DNA from: the human T2T-CHM13v2.0 reference genome, Homo sapiens
Strand: one strand, 5' to 3'
NCBI RefSeq assembly: GCF_009914755.1
Contig: NC_060930.1
DNA: 64,000 nucleotides
The position numbers were made by a program, and so were the translations under genes. Under the pieces are notes generated by a model. That model ran no database searches. It was not told where the DNA came from and saw nothing but the letters and a program-made list of their open reading frames with translations. This document shows positions 32,781-45,354 of this stretch, one piece after another; position 1 is the first letter of the stretch; each line of letters begins with the position of its first letter.

Positions 32781-35152
32781 TGCGCACATTATTTTTATAA
32801 TAACAATAGTACTAATGGTTAATAATTATAAAGCCATCTCAATTCAAAGGAACTAATATGAGGCCTAGACCACTTATTTTTAAAATGGGGAAACAATATT
32901 TAAATTTTTATTATGAAAATGTTTATACTTACAGAAAATTAGAGAAAAACACCTAGATTTAACAACAGTTAATATTCTGCCATAATTCTTCAACTATTTT
33001 TTGACCTTAGTAAATTACAAGAGAAGGACAGAACAAGTGGTGAAATAAGACTCTCCAACAATCATTCATCCACAGAAACATCAACTTGAACTATTCAAAC
33101 ATTGAAAATACTTTCACAAGAACTAAGGAAACCAGGTGAGAGATTACAGTACCCAGTTGTAGCACAATCATAAGAAAAAATACATTGAAGAGGGTAGGAG
33201 AACAGTTTTATATTGTCTGTATCAACCCCTCACCCAGTCCCAGGCAGCAGTATGGACAGATATATTGTCCACTTTGGAGAGAGACAGGGAAGTGAGCACA
33301 GGGCTTTTTCTTGGACCCCAACAGCAGCACCAAGAAGGGCTCCATGGCTGCAGACCCCAGGCTGGTACTTTTCTACTGAGCCTCCAAACCACCATGGCTC
33401 AGTGGTGAACACAAAGGCCTAGGTTTCAGGCCAGTGCAGGAGAAACAATCTTCAGTTTGCACCACCACCAGGCTGACTTCAATGACCCTGGGTTCTGGAC
33501 AGCCCTAGAGGCAGACAGGTCTCAGCAGCCCCAGGCTTCCAGTCCACCCCAGTGCCATATTGCCTGCAGTGAACCTGGGCTTCAGGCTTGCTCCAGCACT
33601 GTCAGCCCCAGTGCTTCCAGGCTTCAAGTACACCCCAACACTGCACAAGCCTTAGCAGCTCCAGGTTTTGGAACCATGCCAGGCACCCTGACCAGAATCT
33701 CTGGACAAAGCTGACTGTTGAAAGACTTTCTCAGACAAAGCCAGTCTGAGAAGATTGGAATAAGTACCTACTTCTTCAAATGTGCATACATTGGTACATG
33801 GCCACAACGGTCAAGAGCAATCAGTGAAACATTACATCACCAAAGGGACAAAATAAAATGCCAGGAATTAACCCTAAAGAATTGGAGATGTATGAACTGC
33901 CTGACAAAAAATCTAAAAGAACTGTTTTCAAGGAAATTCAGTGACCTTCAAGACAATACAAATAAATGAGTCAACAAAATGAGAAAAACGATTAATGATC
34001 AGTATGAGAAATTTAATAGAGAGATTGAAAATTAAAAAAAAAAATTAAACAGATCCTGGAGCTGAAAAATATAATGAATAAAATGAAAACTATAATAGAG
34101 AGCATCGACAGTGAAATTGATCAAGCAAAAGAGTCTGTGAATTCAAAGACAGGCAATTTTTAAATACTGAGGAGGAAAAAAGGATGAATAAAATAGAAAA
34201 GCTTTCAGAAGTTATGAAACAACATCAAAAGTGTAAATGTTTGAGTCGTAGGAGTTGAAGAAGAAGAAGAAAAAGATAAAGGGGTTATTAAATAAGCCTT
34301 AAAAGCTTAATTAAAGACATAGTAGCATAAAATTTTCCAAACATGGAGAAAGAGGTAAACATCCAAGTACAGGAAGGCTAAGGTCTCCAATCAGACCAAA
34401 TCCAAACAAACCTACCTAAAAAGATATTTTAATCAATCTGTCAAAATCAAAGGCAAAGAGAGGATCCTGAAAGCAGCAACATTAAAAGACAAAACAACAT
34501 ATAAGGGAGTTCCAATACAGGTAGCAGCACATTTCTCAGAAGAAACATTATAGGACAGGAGATAGTGAGATTATATATTCAAAGTTCTGAAGACAAAAAC
34601 TCACAACTGAGAAAACTGCACTCCTGAGCAAAGCTGTCCTTCAGAAATGAAGGAGAAACAAAGACTTTCCCAGATAAACAAAAGCTAGAGAGTTCGTCAC
34701 AACCAGACCTGTCTTACAAGGAATACTAAAGGTAGTTCCTCAAGAATACTAATGATTAACATAAAAACATCTGAAAGTATAAAACTCACTGAAAAAATAA
34801 ATACATGATCAAGTTCAGAATACCCTAATACTGTAATGATGATGTATAAGTCATTTTTATCTTTAGTATAAATGTTAAAAGACAATCAATTAAAAATAAT
34901 AATAACTACAATTACTCACTAAGAGACATACAATACAAAAATGTAAATTTTGATATTAACAATTCAAAATGTGCAGAGAGAGTGGAATAAAAGTTTAGTG
35001 GGGTCCTTTTTGCAACCCAAGTTAAGTTGTTTTCAGCTTAAAATATCCTATTATAACTATCAGTTTTTTTAAAGTATCATAGTAACCACAAAACAAAATC
35101 CTACAGTAGATACACAAAAAATAAAGTTAGGACATCAAAACGTACTACTAGA

Positions 35153-35334
35153 AGCCAAGCATGGTGGTGTGTGTCTGTAGCCCTAGCCACCTAGGGGGCT
35201 GAGGCAGGAGGATTGCTTGAGCTTAGGAGTCTGAGGCTTCAATGGGCTATGATCACACCTGTGAATAGCCAGTACACTCCAGCCTGGGTAACATAGTTAG
35301 ACCTTGTATCTAAGAAAAAACAAAAACAAAACCC
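35153..35334 (+). mobile_element. FAM (fossil Alu monomer)
   Basis: Monomer containing the 7SL-like cctgtgaatagcca segment; A-rich tail; degenerate TSD ending ctactaga. Confidence 0.85.
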
Positions 35335-36480
35335 ACATATGCTACTAGAGAAAATTGCAATTACTTAACTAGAAAAAAATAACAAGAAAGTAAGAAAAGA
35401 ACAAAGAATCTACAAAACAGCTAGAAAACAATTAACAAAATGACCATAGTAAGTCATTATCTATTAATAATTAGCTTGAATATAAATGAATTAAACTCTT
35501 AAATCAAAAAACACAGAGTGGCTGAATGGATTATAAAACAAAAGCCAACTATATTCAGTCTACAAGAGACTTACTTCACCTGTAAGGACAGACATAGCCT
35601 CCAAGTTAAGGGATGGAAAAAGATACCCCAAAGAAAAGAAAACCATAACAAGGCAGGGGTAGCTATATGTATATAAAGCAGACTTTCAGTCAAAAACTAT
35701 AAAAGACATAAAAAAAGGTCATTATATAATGCTAAAGTGTTTAATTTAGCAAAAGGTTATAACAACTGTAAATATGTATGCACCTAACATCAGTGTACCT
35801 AAATACATAAAACAAATATTAATAGTTCTAAAGGGAGAGATGTACTGCAATACAGTAATAATAGGGAACTTCAACACTCAACTTTCAGCAATAAACAGAT
35901 CATTCAGAAAGCAAAGCAACAAGGAAACAACAGACTTAAACTATTCCATAGATCAAATGGATCTAACAGACATATACAGAACATTCTACACAATTGCAGC
36001 AGAATAAACATACTTGTCAACCACAGCAGAATAAACATTCTTCACAACTGCCCATGGAAGATTCTCCAGGATAGATTATATGTTAGACCACAAAACAAGT
36101 CTTAGAATATTTAAGAAGACTGAAATAGCATCAAGTATCTTTTCTGGCCATAATGATGTAAAACTAGAAATCAATAACAAGAAAAATTTTGGAAATTTCA
36201 CAAATACATGGAAATTAAACAACATGCACTTGAACAAGCAATGCATGAATAAACAAATTTTAAAATTTCTAAGAGAAATGAAAATGGAAGCACAACATAC
36301 CAAAAGTTACGAGATACAGCAAAAGCAACTGTAAGAGGGAAGTTTAGATTAATAAATGCCTACAACAAAAAAGAAAAATATCAAATAAATGACCTAATGT
36401 TTCACCTCAAGGAACTAGAAAACCAATAATAAACTAAGCCCAGAGTTAGTAGAAGGAAGGAAACAATAAAGATCAGCATA

Positions 36481-36780
36481 GGCTGGGCACAGTGGCTCAT
36501 GTCTATAATCCCAGCATTTTGGGAGGCTGAAGCAGGCAGATCACTTCAGGCCAGGAGTTCCAGACCAGCCTGCCCAACATGGTGAAACCCCTGACTCTGC
36601 TAAAATACAGAAACTAGTGTCATGGCACACTCCTGTAATCCCAGCTCCTCAGGAGGCTGAGGCATGAGAATCACTTGAACCCAAGAGGCAGAGGTTGCAG
36701 TGAGCTGAGATCATGCCACGGCACTCCGGCCTGGGTAATACAGCCAGATTCTGTCTCAAAAAAAAAAAAAAAAAAAAAAA
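36481..36780 (+). mobile_element. AluS (Sz-like) inside the L1
   Basis: Full dimer with long poly(A); degenerate TSD ending agcata. Confidence 0.96.
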
Positions 36781-39700
36781 TCAAAGCATAAATAAATGAA
36801 ATAATGATTAGGGGAAAAAATAGAAAAGATTAAGATTAACAAAACTAAGGTTGAGTTTTTGAAAAAATAATCAAAATTGACAAACCTTTAGTTAGACTAA
36901 GAAAAACAGAGAGAAAACTCAGAGAAATAAAATCAGAAATGAAAAAGAAGACATTACAACAGACCCAACAGAAATACAAAAGATCATAAGAAACTATTAT
37001 GAACTATTATATGCCAAAAAATGTGATAACCTAAAAGAAATGGATACATTCCTGGGCACATACAATGTACTAAGATTTAATTATGAAGAAATAGAAAACC
37101 TGAACAGACCAATAACAAGGAGATTGAATCAGTAATAAAAACTTTCCCAGCAAAGAAAAGCCCAGGACCTGATGGCTCCATTGCTGAATTCTACCAAACA
37201 TTTAAAGAACTATACCAATTCTTTTCAAACTCTTCCAAAAAAGGAATGCTTCCAAACTCATTTTACAAGGCTAGCATTACCCTAATACCAAAGCCAGACA
37301 AGGACAGTACATAAAAATAAAACTCCAGACTAATATCCCTGTTGAACATAGATGCAAACATCATCAACAAAATACTAGCAAACCAAATTCAACAGCACAT
37401 TAAAAAGATCATTCATCATAATCAAGTGGGACCTTTCCCAAGGATGCAAGGATGGTTCAATATACACAAATCAATAAATGTAATACATTACATGAACAGA
37501 ATAAAGGACAAAAATCGTATGACAATTTCAATAGGTGTAGAAAAGGCATTTGACAAAATTTAACATCCTTTTATAATAAAAACTCTCAACAAATTATGTA
37601 TAGAAAACATGCACCTCAACATAGTAAAGACCATATATGAAACTCACGGCTAACATTATACTCAACAGAGAAAAGTTGAAAGCTTTTCCCCTAATATCTG
37701 GAACAAGATAATGGTGTCCATTCTTGCCACTTCAATTTAACATTGTATTAGAAGTCCTAGCTAGAGCAATTAGGGAAGAGAAAAAAATAAAAGTCATTAA
37801 AATAGGAAAAGAAGTGTTTAATTATCTCTGTTTGCAAATGGTACGATCTTATACATAGAAAACCCCTAAAGATGCCACCAAAAAGTTATTAGAACTAATA
37901 AACAAATTCAGTAAAGCTACAGGATACAAAATTAACAGACAAAAATTACTAGCATTTCAATACACTTACAGTGAACTATCTGAAAAAATAACCAAGAAAA
38001 TAATCTCATTTATAATAACTATAAAAAACCCACTTAGGAATACATTGAACCAAAGAGATGACAGATCTCTACATTAAAAACTATAATAATGTTGATGGAA
38101 GAAATTGACAAAGACACAAATAAATATAAAGATGCTCCATGTTCATGAGTTGGAGGAATTAATATTGCTAAGATGTCCATACTACCCAAAGTGATCTACA
38201 AATTCAATACAATTTCTATCAAAATACCAATGACATTCTTTACAGAAATAGGAAAAAAAAATCCTAAAATATACAGAACCACAAAAGACCCTCAACAGCC
38301 AACACAGCCTTGAGCAAGAAAAACAAAACTGGAGGCATCACACTACTAGACTTTAAAATTTACTACAAAACTAGAGTAACCAAATCAGTATGGCACTATC
38401 ATAAAAATGCATATAGACAAATGGAGCAGCATAGAGAACCCAAATGGAAATCCACACATTTATAGCCAACTGATTTTCAACAAAAGTGCCGAGAACACAC
38501 AATGGATAAGGGACAGTCTGTTTAATAAATGGTGTTGGGAAATTTGGATATCCACACATAGAAGAATAAAATTGAATCCCTATTTTACATCACACACAAA
38601 AGTCAACCCAAAATGGATTAAAGACTTAAATGTAAGACCTGAAACTACGAAATTACTAGAAGAAAACATTGGGGAAAAATTTCATGACATTGGTCTGGGC
38701 AATAATTTTCTGGAAATGACCCTAAAAGAACAGGCAATAAAAGCAAAAAAAAGAATAATGAAATCACATCAAACTAAAAAGCTTTTGCACAGCAAAGGAA
38801 ACAATCAACAGAATGAAGAGACAATCTACATAATGGGAGAAAATATTTGCAAACTATATATGTGATAACGGGTTAATATTCAGAATATATAAGAAATTTA
38901 AACAACTAAATAGCAAGAAAATAAATAACTCGATTTAAAAAAATGGACAAAGGACCCAAATAGACATTTCTCAAAAGACGACATAAAAACAGCCAACAGA
39001 TATATGAAAAAAAAAGCTCAGCATCGCTAATCATCAGAAAAATGCAAATTAAAACCACAACAAGAGATCACCTTATACTTGTTGCAATGGCTATTATCAA
39101 GGCAAAAGATAACAAGTATTGGTGAGGAAGTGGAAAAAAGGGAACCCTTATACACTACTGATGGGAATGTAAAGTAGTACAACCATTATGGAAAACAGTA
39201 TGGAGGTTCTTCAAAAAATTAGAAATAGATTACAGTGAACCAGAGTATAATTTTTTTATTAAAAATAGAACTGCCATATGATCCAGCAATCTCATTACTG
39301 AGTAAATATGCAAAGGAATGAAAACAGTATGCCAAAGAAATATCTGCACTCTCATGTTTATTGAAGTATTGTTCACAATAGCCAAGATCAACCTAAGTGT
39401 TCATCAGTGGACAAATAAATAAAGAAAATGTGGTATATATACACAATGGAATACCATTCAGCCATAAAAAGGAAGAAATGCTGTTATTCATGACAATGTG
39501 AACGAACTTGGAGGATGTTAACTGAAACAAGCCAGGTACAGAAAGACAAATACTGCCTGATTTCACTCATATGTAAAATCTTTAAAAGTTGATCTCATAG
39601 AAGCAGACAATAGAATGGTAGATATCAGAGGCTGGGACAGTTGAGGTCAAAGGATGTGGCTGATGTTGGTCAAAGGATACAAAATTTCAGTAAGATATGA

Positions 39701-42700
39701 GAAACAGGTTCAGGAGATCTATTGTACAACATGGTGACTATGGTTAGTGTATTGATTCTTAAAGAATGCTAAGAGAGTGGATGCCAAGTGTTCTCACCAC
39801 AAAAATAATAACTACCTGAGGTAATGCATATGTTAATTTGCTAGATTTAGTCATTCCACAATGTATATATGCTTCAAACCATCTTTTTTTACATGATAAA
39901 TACTTACAATTTTATCTGCTAATTTTAAAATAAAATGATACAACAAATAAAGTAAACTACATATGTCAAGACATTTCAATCTAAACTGTTTAGTATACAT
40001 TTCTTTAAAAGTAAGACTATTTTCCTACAGAATCATAACACTATGACATCTAACAAATTTACAATTATTTCCTTTTAACATCTAAGATCCCATATACACT
40101 CAAATTTCCCCTACTTATCCAAAAAATATATTTTTACAACTGACTTATTTAAACCAGGATTTGCTAAAGTAATACACATTTTATTTTATTCCATCTGGTT
40201 GTATGTTTCTGAAGTTCCTTAATCTGAGAGTCCATGCTCCACCTCCCTCCCTACTTTTAAAAATGATTTGTTGAATTAACAAAGCCACTTATCCTGTAGG
40301 ATGTCCCACCTCCTGGATTTGCCTTACCATTTCTTCATGATCTCATTTAATTTGTTCTTCTATCCCATGTATTTCTCATAAACTTAAAGTTAGATCAAGC
40401 TTTACTTTAGAGCAGTGACCTTCACGTTGCATCACCACAAGATGCAGACACCATCTCATGTCTCACCATCAGTCATACAAAGACTAATCACTGGGTTAAG
40501 ATAGTGACTCTGAGACCTTTTGATTATAAAGTGATATATTTTTCCTTCCAACCTTCCCTTAATCTGGAAGATGACTCTATTTTTATGTTAACAAAAATAA
40601 ATTATGAAAGAAAATTAAAATATAAGGTGTGCCCTGGCAAAATTGTTAGGGAAGGTTTATCTACAGCACATATATCCCCATTTTTAATTTATTTGGCCCT
40701 TCATTTTTCTTCTTCCCCAACATATTCCATGGCCTCTACTTACCTCCTACATATATAGTGGTACTAGACCAATGACAAGTCGGTAGGAAAGGTATCCTGG
40801 AAGAATTTTGACTCTAAACTCCTATGTGCAATGTTCACAAGCTGGAAAAAGAATACCAACATCCTTTGGATTATTGCCCGTGTGGTGGCCTTCATTTTCA
40901 AGATGTTTTATAAACATTGGCTATTGGGTCAACCACTTTCTACAACTGTAACAATGTCCTCTTAAAGACAATTTATTTTACAAATGTGGACTAGTCATTA
41001 ACTATTAAAAATAGTTATTATTATTAGTCTCACAAGAATGTCACCCTCTGACGGGACCAATAATAATATAAGACATAACAGCAGGAAGAGGGGCTTTTTT
41101 GGGTAATGTTTTGATAGTTTAGAAGAAGCCATAATAAGAAGGCAAGATTCTTCTTCTATCAGTGTACAAGAGCTGCACAATTACTCCGTGAACATTTGTC
41201 TCTTCAATGCACTATGTCAATCCTGATGTTTTATTGTCCCATGAGGCATATTATTGGGTCTCAAGCGTGGAAAAAAGCTAGGAGAATATTAAGCCCTGAA
41301 TATGAAGGATGGATACTCACCATGTGCTCAGCAGCCTGGAAATCATTATTTAATATTAAGTTATTAGATGATTACTGAGCCAAAAGGACATAATATCCAT
41401 TATGTAAATGTTCAGTCACGGACACTGTGCCCCAACACTTATTAACTCCAAGCTGAATATTGAATGGCATGCATCCAAAACTAAACATGTTCAAACAGAC
41501 AAGTACTTTGTCTTTAAAAAGCAGGACCATTCGGTCAGTAGTACATTATGTCTTACTAATAAGAGAGCACTTTTTCTTGAACAATGTTAAACACTCTAGC
41601 CAGTAAAAGTGAGAGCTGGGGATGAAGCAGATAGTGTGCTGGGAAAGGGAGAGCATTTCACGGCTACCTGTGAAGTTCACATTTTGTCCTGCCTCTATTT
41701 GAACAAACATTCTCAAGGTGCAGCACAATTCCACGTGCAGAGGGCTGGTGGCTATACTCTGCAAGTCATTCAAAGATTTAGAAAAGAAATTCTCCTCTTT
41801 ATAATGTTATGTATAACAGTAAGTGACTTTCGTATAATTCACTGGTTTATCTGTTCATCTTAGCATTTTCAAAAATGAATTCATGACTCTGTAATGCAGC
41901 TTTTGTGGGTCTTTGAGTTTTATAAAGTTGGCCTGACAACCTTTTATATATAGTAGCCCACAGAGAGTAAAGAGATTTTTTTTATTTTATCAGTCTTCCT
42001 GTGGCTCTGAGGGAGTTCCCCTGTCACATAAAAATTGCCTTTGTTTCTTCAAATGCTGTACAACCCCTAAATGACCAGTGTTGGGAAGACTTTTTGCTCC
42101 CATTTCATACACCCAATGTTTGTCTTCCTTTTCAAGTCCTGGTACATTGTTTAGCATGGGAAAGACGCCCATTAAAGGATTGTTGAATTAACACATGATA
42201 AAATAAATCGTTGTATAATATCAATCAGAGTATGTGTTCTGGGCAAGTCTTGAAGCTTAGATCGTGAAACTTAAATAATTTGGTCAGTGTAATCATTTCC
42301 AGAGCAATTGAAACCATTTAATCCTTCTGATCTTGGCTTTTTGTGGGAGTGGGGGCAGAGTACATGAGTAAAGTACCAGAGGGAGCTGTTTTTATAATTG
42401 TGTTCTTTTACTGTTATGAGGAAACCACTACATAAATGTGAATCTCATAGGGGCAACATATGTTTCTAGAAAATATGCAACAACATGTGAGCTAGCAGGA
42501 GAGAGAAGCCATGAGAACTTTCATTTCTCATGGAAGGAGTTGATTAGCAGGCACAGCTAGCTGCTCAACTTTGACTTGTTTCTCACGTTTTCTGGGGAAG
42601 AGACTCCTGTCTCTGAGATATAGTCCTAGATCCCTGCTGCCTTGTCCCTTGAAGAAAACTGACTTCTTGTAGTCTGTGGTCAAACTCCTGTGGCATTTTG

Positions 42701-43604
42701 TCCTGCCTTCTGATGAAGGCTGTCTCTTGAGGCTTTCAGCTGGATCCCCTAGGACTGGCTGCCTCCTACTGGTTTTGCTGAGAACATTCCACTCATCAGC
42801 CTCTGCCCAGAAGATTAGTCCTTTACCTGCTGGCCAGCTCTGATCTTTCTAGATAGTAAATTGGCCAGGATAGGAGATACTGACCATTTCAGGAAGAAGT
42901 TACATTGTCACTATCTACCTAATTTGGGAAGTAAACTTCACTTGCCATAAACAAATCAGTACTCTTGTCTACTATGCTACATCACCTGGCCACAGTCACT
43001 GGATCTTGGCATCTGCTGCTGGGCCTGCCATCTCTCAGTTGGTGGCAGATACTTAGGGGGTCACAGTGAAAAGAATGCTCGCCTCTTCAGGCCCATTTGT
43101 ATCCTGTCAATCACTCAGAAGAGCAGGGGTGTTGGATTATGTGTTAGGTCTCTCCTTCAAATCTTGCAGGAGACCATAATGACACCACCACTTTCTGGAG
43201 ACCAGCCTTCCAAAAGCAGTCAGGAGAGAGAAGAATGTAAATGAAAAGTTCCTGGATGCTTAGAGATAAATGACCAATTCAAGAACCAAAGGCCTAAATA
43301 TTACAAAAACACTGCATAGTAAAAGGAGGAATTTCCTGACCAGTGGCCAATGTCTCTAAAAGGTAGATCTTTAGATGTGAGCCCAGAAGTAAGTAGTATA
43401 GATAGGAGAGAAGCAGGGTGAAAATGAAAATAAATCAATGGAAATGAGCACTAAAGGCTGTAGCAACATCAGTCGGAAATAGCGATAGAGACAGTGGGCA
43501 GGGCCCTTCTGAACATTGGTAGAAAGAAAGCTAATGCAGGGAGAAGGGGAGTTAGGTGCAACTTGGACGTCTTTGAGGATAGGGCTAGAACCATCTGTTA
43601 ACTA

Positions 43605-43736
43605 CAGATGGTCCCTGGCTTTTTTCAGCTTTATGATGGGTTTATCAGGGTACTAAATGCATTTTTCACTTTCAATATTTTCCACTTACAATGGGTTTAT
43701 TTGGATGTAACCCCATCATAAGTTAAGGAGCAGCTG
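43605..43736 (-). mobile_element. MER47/Tigger5-derived MITE
   Basis: TA|cagatggtccc...cttacaatgggtttatttggatgtaaccccatcataagttaaggagcagctg|TA. Confidence 0.8.
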
Positions 43737-44125
43737 TACAGAGAAAAAGTTGAAAACATATCTCTACCTCACAACATAGAGAAAAATAAATTCCAAATGA
43801 ACCAAGGACTTTCATGTGAACGACAAAACTTTAAAAATTTTGGAAAAAATACAGGATAAAATGTTTATGAAATTTTGAAATTTCAGTGTATGAAAAGATT
43901 TCTTCACCAAGTTACAAAAAATATGCAACCCTAATAGGAAAAGATTCATAAGTTTGACTCCATTAAAATTAAGAACTTCTTTTCCTAGAAAGACACCAAA
44001 CAGGGGAGTGAAGAGATAAGCACCAACTGGAAGAAAGTATTTGCAGCACATATAAATAAAGATGTTATTCAAAATATTTAATAACAAGTGTAGTGTAGGC
44101 ATCACTAATTAAAATAGATGCCAAT

Positions 44126-44429
44126 GGTCAGACTCACTGGCTCACACCTGTCATCCCAGCACTTTGGGAGGCCAAGGTGGGCGGATCACTTGAGGTCAGC
44201 AGTTCGAGACCATCCTGGCCAACATGAAACCCCATCTCTACTAAAAATATGGAAATTAGCCAGGTGTGGTGACATATGCCTGTACTACTACTCGGGGGAG
44301 GCTGAGGCTACTTGGGGGAGGCTGAGGCAGGAGAATGGGTTGAACCTAGATAGCAGAGGTTGCAGTGAGCCGAGATTGTGCTACTTCACTCCAGCCTGGG
44401 TGATAGAGTGAGACTGTCTCAAAAAAAAA
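44126..44429 (+). mobile_element. AluS with an internal 20-bp tandem duplication
   Basis: TSD gatgccaa; ctact(c/t)gggggaggctgagg occurs twice at 44288-44327. Confidence 0.95.
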
Positions 44430-44650
44430 GGATGCCAACAATAAACCACTATCACATCACAACACTACCAATACATTGCAGCTCAACATCGCTGTGTATA
44501 ACAAAAGACAAGAATACAGAATATATAAAGAATGCCCATATATATATGCACATACATATATATGAGATAAACAGATAGTAGAGTGGGCAAAAAAAAGGTA
44601 TTTCACAGAAAAGGGAACATGAAGTACTATACTAATATATAAAAAGACTT

Positions 44651-44932
44651 GGCTCTGTGGCTCATGCCTGTCATCCTAGCATTTTGGCAGGTCAAGGTGG
44701 GTGGATTGCTTGAGCCCAGGAGTTCGAGACCAGCCTGGGCAAGATGACAAAAAACTGTCTTGGCAAAAATTATAAAAATTAGCTGGTCATGATGGTGCAC
44801 ACCTAAGCACCAGCTACTCCAGAGGCTGAAGGATGATCACCTGAGCCTGGGAGGTTGAAGCTGCAGTGAGCCAAGATTGTGCCACTGCACTCCAGCCTGG
44901 GCAACATAGTGAGACCCTGTCTCAGGAAAAAA

Positions 44933-44980
<48 letters not shown>
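44651..44980 (+). mobile_element. AluJ with tail converted to (TA)n(TG)n
   Basis: J diagnostics ggattgcttgagcccagg and gagaccctgtctc; flanks ataaaaagac/atgaaaagac. Confidence 0.93.
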
Positions 44981-44983
<3 letters not shown>

Positions 44984-45354
44984 AAAAGACAAATCTCCTT
45001 AATAATCATGAAAATGTAGATAATAAACCGCCATAAAATCCTGTTTTTCAGCTACCAGACTGGTAAAAGAAATGAAAAAGTTTAGTCAGCCATAGTACTG
45101 GCATAAATGTGGAATAATAGTAACTCCCCTTCATGTTGACAGAAACATATACTGGCACAATCACTTTGGAAAACAGTTTGGTATTACCTAGAACATTTGA
45201 GGCATGCATGCACCCTACAACCCAGCATTTCCACTCATAGGTGTAAACCCTGGAAAAATTCTCACCCATGTGTACCAGGTTACATGTACAATACTGCTCT
45301 TTATATCATTGATTGTAATAGAAAAAATGAAAACAATTCAAATGCCCACTGATA

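Larger units (their letters stand above)
33020..39950 (+). mobile_element. Near full-length old L1 (L1MA6/7-like) with 5' UTR, decayed ORF1 and ORF2, and 3' UTR
   Basis: GC-richer 5' UTR 33020-33750; ORF2 fragments 35774-36007, 37342-37563, 38407-38865; L1MA-type 3' UTR; TSD agtaaattaca/agtaaactaca. Confidence 0.93.
32903..40560 (-). mobile_element. L1MC4/5-like 3' fragment (32903-33019 plus 39951-40560) split by the L1MA insertion
   Basis: tttttattatgaaaatgtttatacttacagaaa...agtaaattaca continues as agtaaactacatatgtcaagacatttc...ttttcctacagaatcataacac. Confidence 0.7.

Noticed and set aside
41465-41506. p53/p63-like half-sites
   Set aside because: Only one perfect half-site, with non-canonical spacing.
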